A program made the translations under genes and the position numbers. A model generated the notes under the pieces. It was not told the origin of the DNA. It was given only the letters and a program-made list of their open reading frames with translations, and made no database searches. A stretch of DNA of 64,000 bases from Geosiphon pyriformis uo1 (lineage: Eukaryota; Fungi; Glomeromycota): the NCBI GenBank assembly GCA_016748015.1, contig JAAOMT010000445.1, positions 434,001-498,000 of the forward strand, given 5' to 3'. Below are positions 38,360-51,475 of this stretch, one piece after another; position 1 is the first letter of the stretch, and each line of letters opens with the position of its first letter.

Positions 38360-41300
38360 TGTAAAGCTATATATAAACAATAATGCTTTTTTTGGTGTAT
38401 TGAAAGAAATTGATATGGAGAAGTTGGCTTTAGTTGTTGATAATTTGTCAAATGACAAGGCTGCTAAATTGTTAAGAATACCTAATGAACTATAAAAACA
38501 TTGTGGTAAAGAAGTGTCAAAGTGTCTTTTGAGATTGTTAAATTTGTGTTTGACTTTGGGTGTGGTTCTAATTCCATAAAAGAGAGTATGGATTTCAATA
38601 ATCCCAAAACCTTATAAATAGAATAGAGTTTTGACAAATACTTAGTCTATTGTACTAATCAAAACAGCTCGAAAAATCTTGTCTAAAATTTTTTCTGATC
38701 ATATATTATCAGCTTGTAGCAAATTTGACATTTTTTGCAATGACAACTTTTCTGTGTTGAAGAGTACTTCAACTTAGTCTTTCATTTTTGTCATAAGATT
38801 AGTGATCAAGAATACTCTAAAAAAGAATCAAGAGTTTTAATTAGTATTACAAGATATGTACAAGGCTTATGACTCTGTAGGCTGGTATTATCTGAAAGCT
38901 AGTTTGTATTGTGTTAAAATATGCAGTCAATTTATCAAATTTTTTGGTGACATTCATGTGAATTGGGTCAACAGAGTAATGACAAATTTTGGACTTTTAA
39001 ATGATTATAGAGTACATAAAAATTTGAATTAAGATAAGATTTTCTCTTCACTTTTTTGGAGAATTTTCTATGATCCACTTTTGTGTAAGGTCAAGAAACA
39101 TAAACACTTATGTAGATACCAAGTTAATATTAGATTTGTAATGAAAACTGATAGAGTTAAACCTATTAAAGAAAAAACTTTCTTTTTTACTGCTGCTGTT
39201 TTCATTGATGACATAATTTGGATTAGAAATAATTAAGCTTCTACTTAATACATTTTGAATATTGTTAGTAAATTTTTTGATATTAATAACATTTTAATTA
39301 ATAATAATAAAACTGTGGCTATTTTTATCAATCAAAATATTAAGATTGTCTCATTGTTAATTAATGGCTTGCTGATTTCAATTGCTAAAAAAGATAAATT
39401 ACACAAATACTTGGATATTTTTTTGTCTACTAAGAGTCTCTTTAAGTTTAGCTTGGCTTAAGCTTATGTAAATGTCAGGTTTTTTTTTAATGTAATGTTA
39501 AAAAAAGCAATTATGAATAAACAGTTTTTTTATTTAGTTTTGGCTGTCTTACAGCCCATAGTTAGTTACTGAATACAGTTTAGTTTTGTTTCATTAGACA
39601 TGTATTACAAGTAGAATGTAATAATTAAAAAAATTTTAAAGTCAAGACTGGTCTACTATGTAACTTTCCCAATAAGTCTTTGCATTAACTATTTTTGTAT
39701 AGTCTAAAACCTTTCAAACAAGTGCAGTTTAAAAGAAAATTGGCTTTATTGGTTTTATTTTTTAATGTTTATGGTATTTTTGGGTGGTTATTTAAACATA
39801 GATTTTTGAATTTACAGATTTTGGAATAATTTCCTTTAAATTTTTTGCAGTTTTTTGTCAAGTTGTGTGTTAGTTTAGTGAATAATTTCTTGGCTGGGAT
39901 TGTAAAAATTTTTTTAGACAATAAATTACCTTTAAAAAACAATATGTTTAGTGTTTTTTATGGTTCTGGTAGATTTTAATATTTGACATCTTAGGGCAAC
40001 TTTTGTATTATAGTTTTGTTCTTTCTTTAAAGTAATTTAGTATTGTATTTGGTAACAAACTTCTGGGCAAAAAAAGAAACATAATGGACTAAAAGACATT
40101 TTGGTCATAAAAACAATTGGATCTAAAGGGTTTTATGCCTTGTAAATTTGTATTAACATCTGAGTTTTTGAGTAAAAATATTCATTTAAAGACTGAGTTT
40201 ACTGTAGTTTATAAATTGTTTATGTTAAATGTTTTGGAATTTGAGAAGTTCTTTGAGTTATGAGATAGTTTACTAGAAATTTGGTCTGATTCTATTAAAG
40301 TCTACACAAATAAGTCCTTGAAATGTGCTGGTTTTTTTAAAATATTATATAGAATAGCTGCTTACTTTTTGGCTGTAAACATAAGTATTGGAATTAAAGT
40401 ACATAAACATTTGTTTTCTATTTTGGCTGAACTGCAGGCTATTGTTTTGGCATTGGAGTGTGTTCTGTCTTTATGTGCCATTGTTTTGTATCTAAACAGC
40501 CAATTTGCAATTAATGTTTATATATCTAAAGCTTTGTTTGCTGTGCTTGATTTTTGCAATTAATGTTGGATTAAAAGAAGACATATTACCAATCTAATTA
40601 ATAATAAAAACATTTTAGTTAAATGAGTGAAAGTTAAAAGACATTCAGAGATTTTGAGCAATGTTAGAATAGATGTGATTGCTGATAAAGCCACTTTCTC
40701 TTTTTTTTTCTTGCCAATTGGAATTTAGAAGCAGTTTTTGGTGGTTAAAGATATGACTGTATTTGATAATACTTATTATTTTATTTGTAATCTGTACCAG
40801 TCAATTTGTCATGTTTGTTGGAAGACTGGTCTTAATTACAATATAATTTTGAGTACTATGATTAAGAAGATAAATTGGGCTGCCACCTTAAAAGTTTGAT
40901 GTTTTAATTTGTATATGCTGTTTGAATTTGTACACATACTTAATAAAATTAGTGCATAAACAGCTGCCAGTAGCAGTTAAGAAAAGATTATATAACAAAG
41001 ACTATTCTGGTGTACTATGTTTGCTGTATAGTAAAGTAGAGTTGTCTAATAATATTTTTACTTGTGCTAATGATATTGGTATCTGCAAAGACATTTTGGT
41101 TAAAGTTTCTGATAAATAAGTGTTATTGGTAGACATTTTTTGCTTACTTTTTTTTGCTGTTTTGCAGTCACTTTTTCTGTATTCTTTAGATGTAAATCTG
41201 TATACTACAATTTGCAAGAGCTTTGTGCTAAAAAACTGGTATACTGAGACTGTTTTGGTTTTTAATGGAAAAAAAAAGTTGCTTTAATTCTTATTAAATA

Positions 41301-41560
41301 TGTGATGTTTCTAATAGAATTGCATCACACTAAGATGTGATATGTTAAGTTCAAGCACAGAATAGATATAGAGAAAGCTGAATTGGTCAAAAATGATGGT
41401 TTGGTTTCAGGTTTGTTATGTAGTATAGTGTTTATATTATTAAATGAAATGGTTTATATGCTTGATGTTGTAAAATCTTTTGCTGTTAGTTTTGGTAGGC
41501 ACAAAATGTGTTATTTTTTTTGGTTTAAATAGAAATACTTATAATTATATAAATATGTAA
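38360..41560 (+). mobile_element. 5'-truncated, heavily mutated non-LTR retrotransposon (LINE): RT + RNase H + C-terminal zinc finger
   Basis: LSNDKAAKLLRIPNEL (RT domain 0); QDMYKAYDSVGW (~38850); FIDDIIWI (YxDD-equivalent, ~39200); RNase H AELQAIVLALECV, YLNSQ, VKVKRH (40290-40690); CLLYSKVELSNNIFTC (~41015). Many stops and frameshifts. Confidence 0.88.
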
Positions 41561-41588
41561 TGTTGTTTTGTCTGACCTAAGTGACTGG

Positions 41589-42546
41589 TATTGCTAAAAA
41601 ATTTTGGTCTCTTTTTTTAAATATTGTTAATGCTTAATTGTTGTAAATTCATGTTTTCTGGAAGTAGTTGAATCTCTAATACTAAATTTATTTTCAAATT
41701 ATTTTTTATAATTTGAACTATATGACTTATAAGTAGAATAACCAATTCTATGCCAGTTATTTTATATAGTTATATTGTAATAAACATCAACTTTTTCTTA
41801 GGAATTACTCATCTGAAAGTTCACTAAAATGTGTAGTTATTTTGTAATAAAAGTTAACTTTTCTACAAGAATTTCATTTGTAGGCTACCCTAATGGTTAT
41901 TATAAAAATAAAAAAAAAATAAAAAAAATAGAATTTTATTAAAAAAATCGTTTTTTATTCAAACTTGAAGTTATTAATAGTTTTACTGAAATTGGTAGCT
42001 AATCAATTTCAAAATATTAGTTGGGTCTTAAAAAATTTCAAGTGTAATTAATTCGAAAATTTAAGTTTTTAAATTATTTGATATTTATTATTTTTTTTTA
42101 AAGAAGATTAATATATTTTTAAGATAAGATTGATTTTAAAGAAGATAATTCCTAGTTAAATATATTTTCTTAAAGAGAGAAATTTTTTTTTTATACAACT
42201 TGTTATATTATTAGTCTATAAATTTGAATTTTTCTCTTTGCTATAATTTTAATAAATTAACAATACATTTTGGCAAACTACAAGTTATTTCAGTAAATTA
42301 TTCATAATTTCGGTGAATTTCTACAAAATTTGACGAATTTTTGAATGTTACATAGTTCAAAATATTGTGTAATTTAATCATTCTAATTTTTATTATACAA
42401 ATTGGGTTATTAATTAAATAGTAATATTTAATAATTTGATTAAATGATAAGTAATAATTTAAAATAATATTAATATATGCTAATTAATGATAAAAATTAT
42501 AAAAGTAATTTTATGTTAATTACTGATTAAAATTCTATTGGTAAAA
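41589..42546 (-). repeat. 3' LTR of outer Ty3/gypsy element
   Basis: Reverse-complement similarity to LTRs 46863-47786 and 55606-56580; preceded on the - strand by PPT-like gctcagtcttaaagaaaaaatta. Confidence 0.8.
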
Positions 42547-45500
42547 TAATTTTTTCTTTAAGACTGAGCTTTATTCAAGTTCAAGTATTATCTGTAATTT
42601 CAAGATAGTAATCCAAAATTATTGAAGTAATTTGGTTTGAAACTTGTTAAAATTTCAGTTTTGTGAGTTTGCCAATATATTGAATCTTTATTGGTTAGAG
42701 TATTGGATTTTATAGAACATTTTTACAAGTATAAAATAAGTTATAAAGTCTATAGACAGCTTTAAGTTTGTAATAAGTGTTTGTTAATTCAACTGCTGTT
42801 TTGAATTCATTGTAAATTTGTTTTTGTATAGCTATTAAAATAAGATTTGTTGTTTCAAGTTTCAGTTTTTATTCATAAAGTGTTCTTTTAATATAAAAAT
42901 ATATATATAGTTTTGTTTATTAAAAAATAGTTGAAGCTTTTATTAAATTGTAATATTTGGTAAAATATCAATAGAAGCAAATAAAATATTTTCTTTTAAA
43001 GCTTGCTTTAAGAGTTTTGGTAATTGAATTTCAAAAGAACTTCTTATGTTTTTTCTATAAGAATAATATTTCTAAGAATTATTTATTACTGAAGCTGTTG
43101 ATTTTTTTTGAATGTAATTAATTTGACTTCCATTAATTATTATGAATAAGTTAGAGAGTGTTTTTAAAGCTAATATTAATTTTTGAAATATTTGTTAAAT
43201 GTTTTGGAAAATAAACATTATAATGTTAAATGAAAATAAAAATTAAAAGAATAAAAAGAAATTATTTTGGTATAGAAATTTTATATGTTTTTTTTTTTTT
43301 TGGTTTGGATATTTTCTGGTAATTATTTTACTATTTTTGTTTTAATGTTTCTGTATTTTTAAAAAAAATAACTAATAAAATTAAATGTTTAGGTTTGTTG
43401 TTGTTCTATTATAATTATTGGTTCTAAATTTTGAGAAATATTTTCAGAGTTAATTAAAAAAGAATGTATAGCAATTTGTGAAATTAATAGTTCAAGATTG
43501 TTTTTAGAATAATAGTGTTTTAGTCAATCTTTATGTGCAACTTTGGCTAAAATTTTGTCTTCAAGTTTTAACTTGTATGATTTATTGTCTAATATTTTGT
43601 GAATATAAAATAGTCTGTTCTATTTATGTTCAAATTTGTTACTTTATTGTTTTTTAGCCTTAGTTCTGTATAAGAAAACTTTGTTTTCAACTTTAAATTT
43701 GTTGATGACTGGTGGCAATTTGTTATTATGCTATTTTTTTTGTTGTATTGAATATGTTTTTATTGTGAAATTAATTGGTAGTATTGCTGTTTTCTTATAA
43801 GTAAAATTAAATGATATATGTTTTGTAATATCTTGTTTTAATGTTCTATAAACTAATAACATTAATAGAATAAAAATATCTTATTTCTGCTCAAAATCAG
43901 TTGAGATTTTGGCTAGTAATTTACACAGTATCTGGTTAAAATGTTTTATAAGTCTATTTGTTTGGAGATAATAAAATAATAATAAAAGTTTTTGACATTA
44001 AATCATTCACAAATTTTTTGTATCAAGTTGTTTACAAAGTGTGTTCCTTGGTTAGATAAGAGTTTAATTGGATATTTATGTTTACAAATGATGTCTTTAT
44101 AAATGAAATTTGCTATTGTCTTTGCATCTGCTTTTTAGATGGCTCTGGCTTTAGGACATTTAATAAAATAATCTACTATAACTGTTATATATCAGTTTTT
44201 TGAGTGGTGATAAGTAGTGATCCGACTAAATTAATTCCAATTTTGTCAAAAAATTGTTTAATTTTGATTGAATTTAATAGTTCAGTAGAGCAAATTTTTT
44301 CTCTTTTTTGACAACTATTACAAGATTCTACATATTGTCAAATATTTTTTTGTATATGGAACCAAAAGTAATGTTCAAGTATTTTCTAAATAGTGCTATT
44401 TTTTTCTAAGTATGCTGCTAAAGAGTTTGTGTGCATGTTGTATAAAATTGTCTTTTTTTTATTTTTTTGTACTAATTGGAGTAAGATGGTTGAATTTTGT
44501 TAATTTCAATAATAAATTTTGTTATAATAGATAAAATATTGTTTTGATTGTTGTTGTAATTGGTGTTTTTTATTTAAAAACAAGTTTTTAGGCATGATAA
44601 GTGTCTCTAAATAGTTTTTAATGTTGGTGTAATTTTTTGGATCCATTGTTTGTTGATTTGTTGATTGTTGTTAAGCTGATAAGTTGTAGTGAATTGTTTA
44701 TTAGTGTTAATCTTACCTTATTTTTAAGAAACTATTAATATTTGTGTGTAATTTTTTTGGTTTGTGGTGTACAATAAATTTGTAATCAGCAAAAAAGTCA
44801 ATCCATCTAATTTGTTTGGCACTAAGTTCAGATCTTTTTTTGTTAAGCCATTTAAGGTCAATATTATCTGTAATAATATTAAATTTTTTGCCATTTCAAA
44901 AATATTGTTAAAAATATTTAAAAGCCTATATAATAGCTGTTGTTTCTAATTCAGTTGATCCATATTTTGTTTCTGGGGGTTTTAGTGTTCTGCTAACATA
45001 AGCAATAACTTGTTTATTGTTATTGTTATCTAATTATAATAAAATAGTACCAAATGCTGTATATAAAGCATTAATAATTAATTTGAACTATTTGTTAAAG
45101 TTTGAATAAACAAAAACTGTTGTTGTTATTAATTTTCTTTTAAGAGTTTTAAAAACTTTTTGCTGTTCATTAGTTCATTAATATGGGGTGTTTTTGTTAA
45201 TAAAATAATTGAGTAATTTTGCAATTTCAGAAAATTTTTTGATAAATTTTTAATAATAAGAGACTAATCTAATAAATTTTTTTTAGTTTTATAGTGTTTT
45301 AGGAAATTTTGAAGTTTTTAGCAGTGCTAATTATTTTTGAATTGGGTTGAACTCTATCTTTGCTAACAATGTGTTCAAAAAAAATTAAGCTTGTTTTTCT
45401 AAAGTAATATTTTTCAATATTTAACTTTAATCTTGCTTTTTGTAATTATTAAAATACTTTTTACAAGTAGATTAAATAAGCTTTAAATATTGAAAAGTAT

Positions 45501-46862
45501 ATATTAATATTATCAAGATAGACAATTACTAATTGTCATAAGAATTCTTTATATACAATATCTATAAGTTGCTAGAATGTTGCCTGTATATTGCAAAGTC
45601 TAAATAGTATTACATTAAATTTGTAATTTTTTTCTTGGATGGTAAATGCTGTTTTGGGTTGGTCTTTGAGATCTATTTCAACTTGCCAATATCTGCTTTC
45701 CAAGTTTAAAGTTAAAAAAAACTTGGTTTTTTCAAGAGCATTTAGCATGTTGTTAATTCTTAAAAGAAGGTAGATATCTTCAATCATCACACTATTGAAT
45801 TGACAATAGTCTACACAAAATTTGATTTTCTTATTTTTTTTTTACCAAAAACTACTGGTAAAATTCAAAGACTTTTTGATAGTTAAATAAGACTATTGTT
45901 AAGCATTCTTTGTATTTTTTTTAATGAATTGATGGCTGGTAAGTAAAACTTAATAGACTTGTTGGTATTTTAGTGGAGCATTTTTTGTATGGATTTGGTG
46001 TTAAACAAGATTGGTTTTTTCTAAATTATTGTTGTTTTTTGCAAAAATATTAGCATATTCTATAATAAACTGTTTCTATTATTTTTGTTGTTGGAGTTCT
46101 AAGGACTCTATGTTGATTCAAGAAAGTTTTTCTTTAATAAGATAATAGTTTTCAATAGTAGACAAAATATTTGGGTTTGTAAAAAGGGTGTATCTCATAA
46201 TTTCAATGAAATTAAAAACCATTTAAGAAATTTTATCTTAGAAGATATTGCTATGTATTATTTTAATTTTTAATCTATTTAATAAAACAATAGAGTAGTT
46301 GTTGAGATTATAAAATATAACTTGGAATTTTTTTATTTTTTTTGGAATATAGACATTTGAAATTAGAATTTCATGTTTTAAATAGATTTGTTGGGTGGTG
46401 GTTTTGAGCAAATGTAAATTTTGTGATATTCTCCAAAGAATAATATATTAATTGGTTATAGAAGTCGAAAAATTTGGTAAAATTTATTTTGTGTATTAAG
46501 AGCTATATTTACTGGCATCATAAAATGTCCAGTTAGACCAAAAACTTAGGTTTCTCTATTACTTTTGCCTAATTGTTCTTAATTATTAACTAATTATAAA
46601 CTCGAAATGTTAATTAAGAGTAAATAAATTACTTGAACAATTTTTTCAGCATGCTCAATTTTGAATGGTTTATCAGTTTTGTTTTGTAGCATGATAATAA
46701 TGTCTTTTGTATATTCTGTGTTTATAATTTTTCCTCTAATATTAATTTTTTTGCTTGCAAATAATGATTGGAAAGCAATTTAAACTATTGCTTCTGGTGG
46801 AATTTCAAAAGCAATTCTGAAATTGATTTTTGTTAGGAATTTGGGTTAAAAAATTAAGGTGT

Positions 46863-47786
46863 TGTTACCAATAGAATTTTAGCTATTAATTAGCATGAAA
46901 TCATCCTCATAATTCCTACTATTAATTAGCATATACTATTATTATTTCGATTATTACTTATTATTTGATCAAATTATCAAATATCATTACTCAATTAATA
47001 ACCTAATTTGTACTATAGAAATTAAGATGATCAAATTACACAATACCTTAAACCATTTAATATAGTCAAAAATTCGCCGAAATTGATGAAAAATTGGCCG
47101 AAATAATCAATAGTTTGTAGAAATAACTTGGAGTTTACCAAAATGTATCTTTAGTTTATTGAAATTGGAGCAAAAAAAAAAGTACAAGTTCAAAGACTAG
47201 TACTACAACAAGTTGTATAAAAAAAAAGCTTTTCTCTTCAAAAATATGTATCTTCTTATAGTATCTTACCATAATATATTACTTTAGATATCTTAATTAT
47301 AACAAATTATCTTTTATAAAATCAAATAAAAATTAAATATTCAAAAATCAAATTCTTAAATTAATATACTTGAAATTCTCTCAACACAACTAACGTTTTG
47401 AAAACGTTTTCCTTGTTAGAATTCTATTTTTTTTACATTTTTTTTATTTTTTTCTTTTCTTTTCTTATTATAATCATTAGGGTAGCCTACAAACAAAATT
47501 TCTGTAAAAGAGTTGACTTTCATAGCAAAGTAACTATACATTTTTTAGTGAGCTTCCAGACAAGCAATTCTTGGGAAAAAGTTGACATTTACTACAATAT
47601 AACTATACAAAACAACTGGTATGGAATTGGCTATTCTATTTATAAGCCCAGCAGTTCAAATTATATGAGATAATTTGAAAATAAATTCAGTTATTGGAGG
47701 TTCAACTGCTTTCAGAAAATGTGAAATTAACAACAGACAGACATTAACAACATTCAAGAAAAAAGACTAAAAAACTTCTAATAACA
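46863..47786 (+). repeat. 5' LTR of inner element
   Basis: TGTTACCA...TAATAACA termini, followed by PBS; direct repeat of 55606-56580. Confidence 0.9.
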
Positions 47787-50700
47787 TTTGGTGCTCTTTT
47801 ATAGAAATAATACAGCAATAACAACTTCAAAGTGGCGACCACACCAGACACAAAAACTCTAGAGTATTACCAGTCAATTTACATTCACTACAAGCAAAGA
47901 TTCAACATCCAAGACGAAATTAAAATTTTCAAGAAATCATTATACCAATATATTGAAAATCACAACATTTCAGAAGTTAGAAACAATCTCTACAATAATT
48001 TAATACACTACTCACAATTGGAAACTGAAGACCTTAACAGTAAAACACTTGCCACTTACTTTCAAAAACTTAATTTTAACATTATTTAGTATTGTAAAAA
48101 AAAATACCCAGTACAGTCTAAATACTCTCTTAACTTTAAATCAGAACCAAAAAACAGCAACAACAGAAAACAGAAAAAGAAAATTCGAGTTAGCCATACA
48201 ACTTACATACCAAAAACAACTGCCAAATACTTATAAACACCTGAACAAAGAACCAATATCAAATTACCACTTTCTATTACATCATTTCTAATTTTACTTG
48301 CTTAACTACAAATACCAAATTCACTACTTATTTATTTCTTAAGACTAGAAGATTTTCAGTCACCTAAAAGTCCTACTTAATAACAGAAACTTATATCAAC
48401 TAGCACCAATATTATTAATTACTTACAAGAAAACAAAAGTAATTATTTAGAAAACTTAGAAAGTAAAAAAACTGAATTAGAACAAAAAGATACCCCAAAA
48501 AATAAAGAAAAAATGACAACTGCTTACCTTACAAAAATTTCAGAATTTACTAGTAAAGATAATGATACCAGTCCATAAGAATGACTTGACAAAGTCCAGA
48601 AAACAGAAGATGTAAATAAATAGAATACAGCAAGAATGCTCAAAGCGATCCCATATTTTCTCTAAGGAACAGCAGAAGAATGGTTTAAAAACTTAGATGC
48701 ATCTTTTGAAACTGGCAAGCATTTAAAAATGCTTTTTTACAATAATTTAATAATAACAATACTTCTATTATTCTTTGAAATTGGTTTCGAAATATTAAAC
48801 AAGAACCAAGTGAATTAATTATAACTTATCTAAGAAAATTCAACAAATTTTTCAGAAGAATTTGCCAGTTAAAAACAAATGAATACTATTCTAATGCCCA
48901 AATTTTGGATTAATTTATTGCTAGATTAAAAAATAAACTTATAAAAAAAGTGCATCTATATTCACTTGAAAATTTGGTTACTGCTATCCAACATACAAAG
49001 AATTATGAAAATTGGTTAACTTACAAAGAAAGTTGAAAATTATTTTACCAACCAACAAAGGCAACAAAAAACACAAAAATATTAGCCACTACAATGATAA
49101 AACCAAAACAACTACTTATTATTATCAAACAGTAAAACCAAAATTGTCACTATTGTGGGATTCTAGAACATTGGAAATAAGACTGCAGAAAGTTACAAAA
49201 AGACCAACAAAACAGAAGTAATTAACATTATTTTTCAACACAACAATCTCATTATTAGCCTTTACCATCAGCCTATTATTCTTCAAGATCTCAACAATAA
49301 AACAATTACTATTAGCCTGCCCTACAGCAGTAATATTTACAATCTATACCAATCTAACAGTATCAACAACTATTTATACAACAATATCAAGTACCAACCT
49401 AAAAATTGGTCCAGCAAAACCAGTTCATATTTCAAAATCAATTTCAGAATAATAACAACAGAATCAACCCAAACAACTAATTAGTTCCCCAAAATTCTGG
49501 TCAGCAAAGATCCAATCATTACCATACTCAATTCAGTTATCTTACAATGCCAGAAAAATTGGATTTTCAACAAACTGCACTTTTTGAAGATAAAGCTACA
49601 GCACCAAAATTAAACCTTTCAAACAATACTATTTGACCAGCTCAAATTGCTCAATATGCCAACCTCTTAGATATTTTTCCATTTGAATTTAAAGCAAATG
49701 AATTATCATTCTTGCTTAGCAATACAACAGTCAATAAACAAAAAACAATTACAGCAATATATACAGAAGCTAAAGTTAAAGGCAAACCTATTTGGTTAAT
49801 TCTAAATAGTGGATTAGTTAAAAGTATCATTACCTACTAATTAATGCAACAACTTTAACAAACTGTTAACAAATCTGTTCAGACAGTCATTGTTATAGCA
49901 GATAAGATAAAAAAGACATCAGTAGGAAAAATTAATAATTTTCCATTTACTATTGATAGAATCATCATTCCAGTTAAAGTTTTAGTCATAGATGCACCTT
50001 AATATCAAATTCTGGTCGGAAATGATTGGCTTTTCAAGGCCAATACAAGTTTAGATTGAGAAATCCAAGAATTGAAGATTTTATACCAAAAACAATACAC
50101 CAGAGTACCTGCTATCTGTAATACTTTTAATAAAAGATCTGAAAAAGCCCTAGTATTTGAATTTGAAGAGAAGAAAGAATTACCAATTACTGAAATCTTT
50201 ATGGCTCTTGGATCACCATCCAATTGGACTGAGAAAACAGAACAAGAATTCTTTGAGGAGACTAAAGAATAAAATGTAGTTAAATATTCTATACCAAAAC
50301 CACGGAAACAACCTTCTTATATTTTACTTAAATGCAAAAATTACAACAAAAAACTTTCATCAATGAAAGCATGTATTTTTCCAGAAGAGGAATATGAAAC
50401 TTACACCTGCTATTTTTGCAAAACATGTCATAAAAAACGATTTGAATACTCTAAATGAAATGAAAAATGGAACAACACTTCTTGTCTCACATGTGAAGAT
50501 ATGCTACCAGAAGAATACAACTGGATTAATGTTATAATAAGAGGAGAAGTATGTAATCAAATCTGCCAATATGCCCTATCAATCTCAAAAAAATCAAAAG
50601 AGAAACATCCTTTAATATAGCTTATAATAGTGCTTTCAACAAACTCTACCACTATCCTCATGATGCTGAAATGATTTTTGACTTAACAATAGCTTTAATC

Positions 50701-51079
50701 AATAGAGCCATACAAGAAAATGTTCACCAAATAAAAGAAATTGAATACATTAAATACACAATAGAATTGGCTAAATTCAATTATGGAAATAAAGTAGAAA
50801 CATATTACCAAATTGCAAGTTACACTTATCCAACCCAAGAAGCTCAAATTCAACAATTAGAGCAAATAAATATTTAATTGTGTAAAAAATACATCATGTC
50901 TTGTGATAATAAATGGTGTTCAGAATGCTATGTTTTTAGCATTCTCTTATTCAATAAAGATGACCAAAAGGAAATTAAGTTTGGAGAACTCAAGCCAAAA
51001 GAAGAAATTGCAACAACTCTAATCTACTTTACTAAGAACCAATCAGTCCTACAACTCAAATATTTCAACAATAATGATT

Positions 51080-51475
51080 AAGGAATCAAACCAGAAAAAG
51101 TACATGATATAGATGCTGAATATGATCTATAATACTCAAGAAAAAATACTTTGGTCCTCCAACCAAAATTTTTAATAAAAACTAACCTCAGAATTGCTTT
51201 TAAAATACTATCAAGAGCAATGTTTCAAATTGCATTCAGATTATTATTAGTAAGCAAAGAAATTAATGTTAAAAGAAGAATTATAGATGCAGGATACATT
51301 ATGCTACAGAATGAAACTAATAAACTATTCAAAATTGAACATGCTAAAAAGATTGCCCAAGCAATTTACCTACTTTTAATTAACATTTCAGATTTACAAT
51401 CAGTTAACAACAAAAAACAATTAGAAAAAAGTGAAAAAAGAACTCAAAATTTTGGTTTAACTGGACGATTTACAG
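51080..51475 (+). pseudogene. Retrotransposon-encoded dUTPase domain (decayed)
   Basis: KPEKVHDIDAEYDL (AGYDL motif), QIAFRLLL (motif 2, degenerate), RRIIDAGY (GxIDxGY), KKIAQAI, SEKRTQNFGLTG (RG..GFGSTG motif). Confidence 0.75.
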
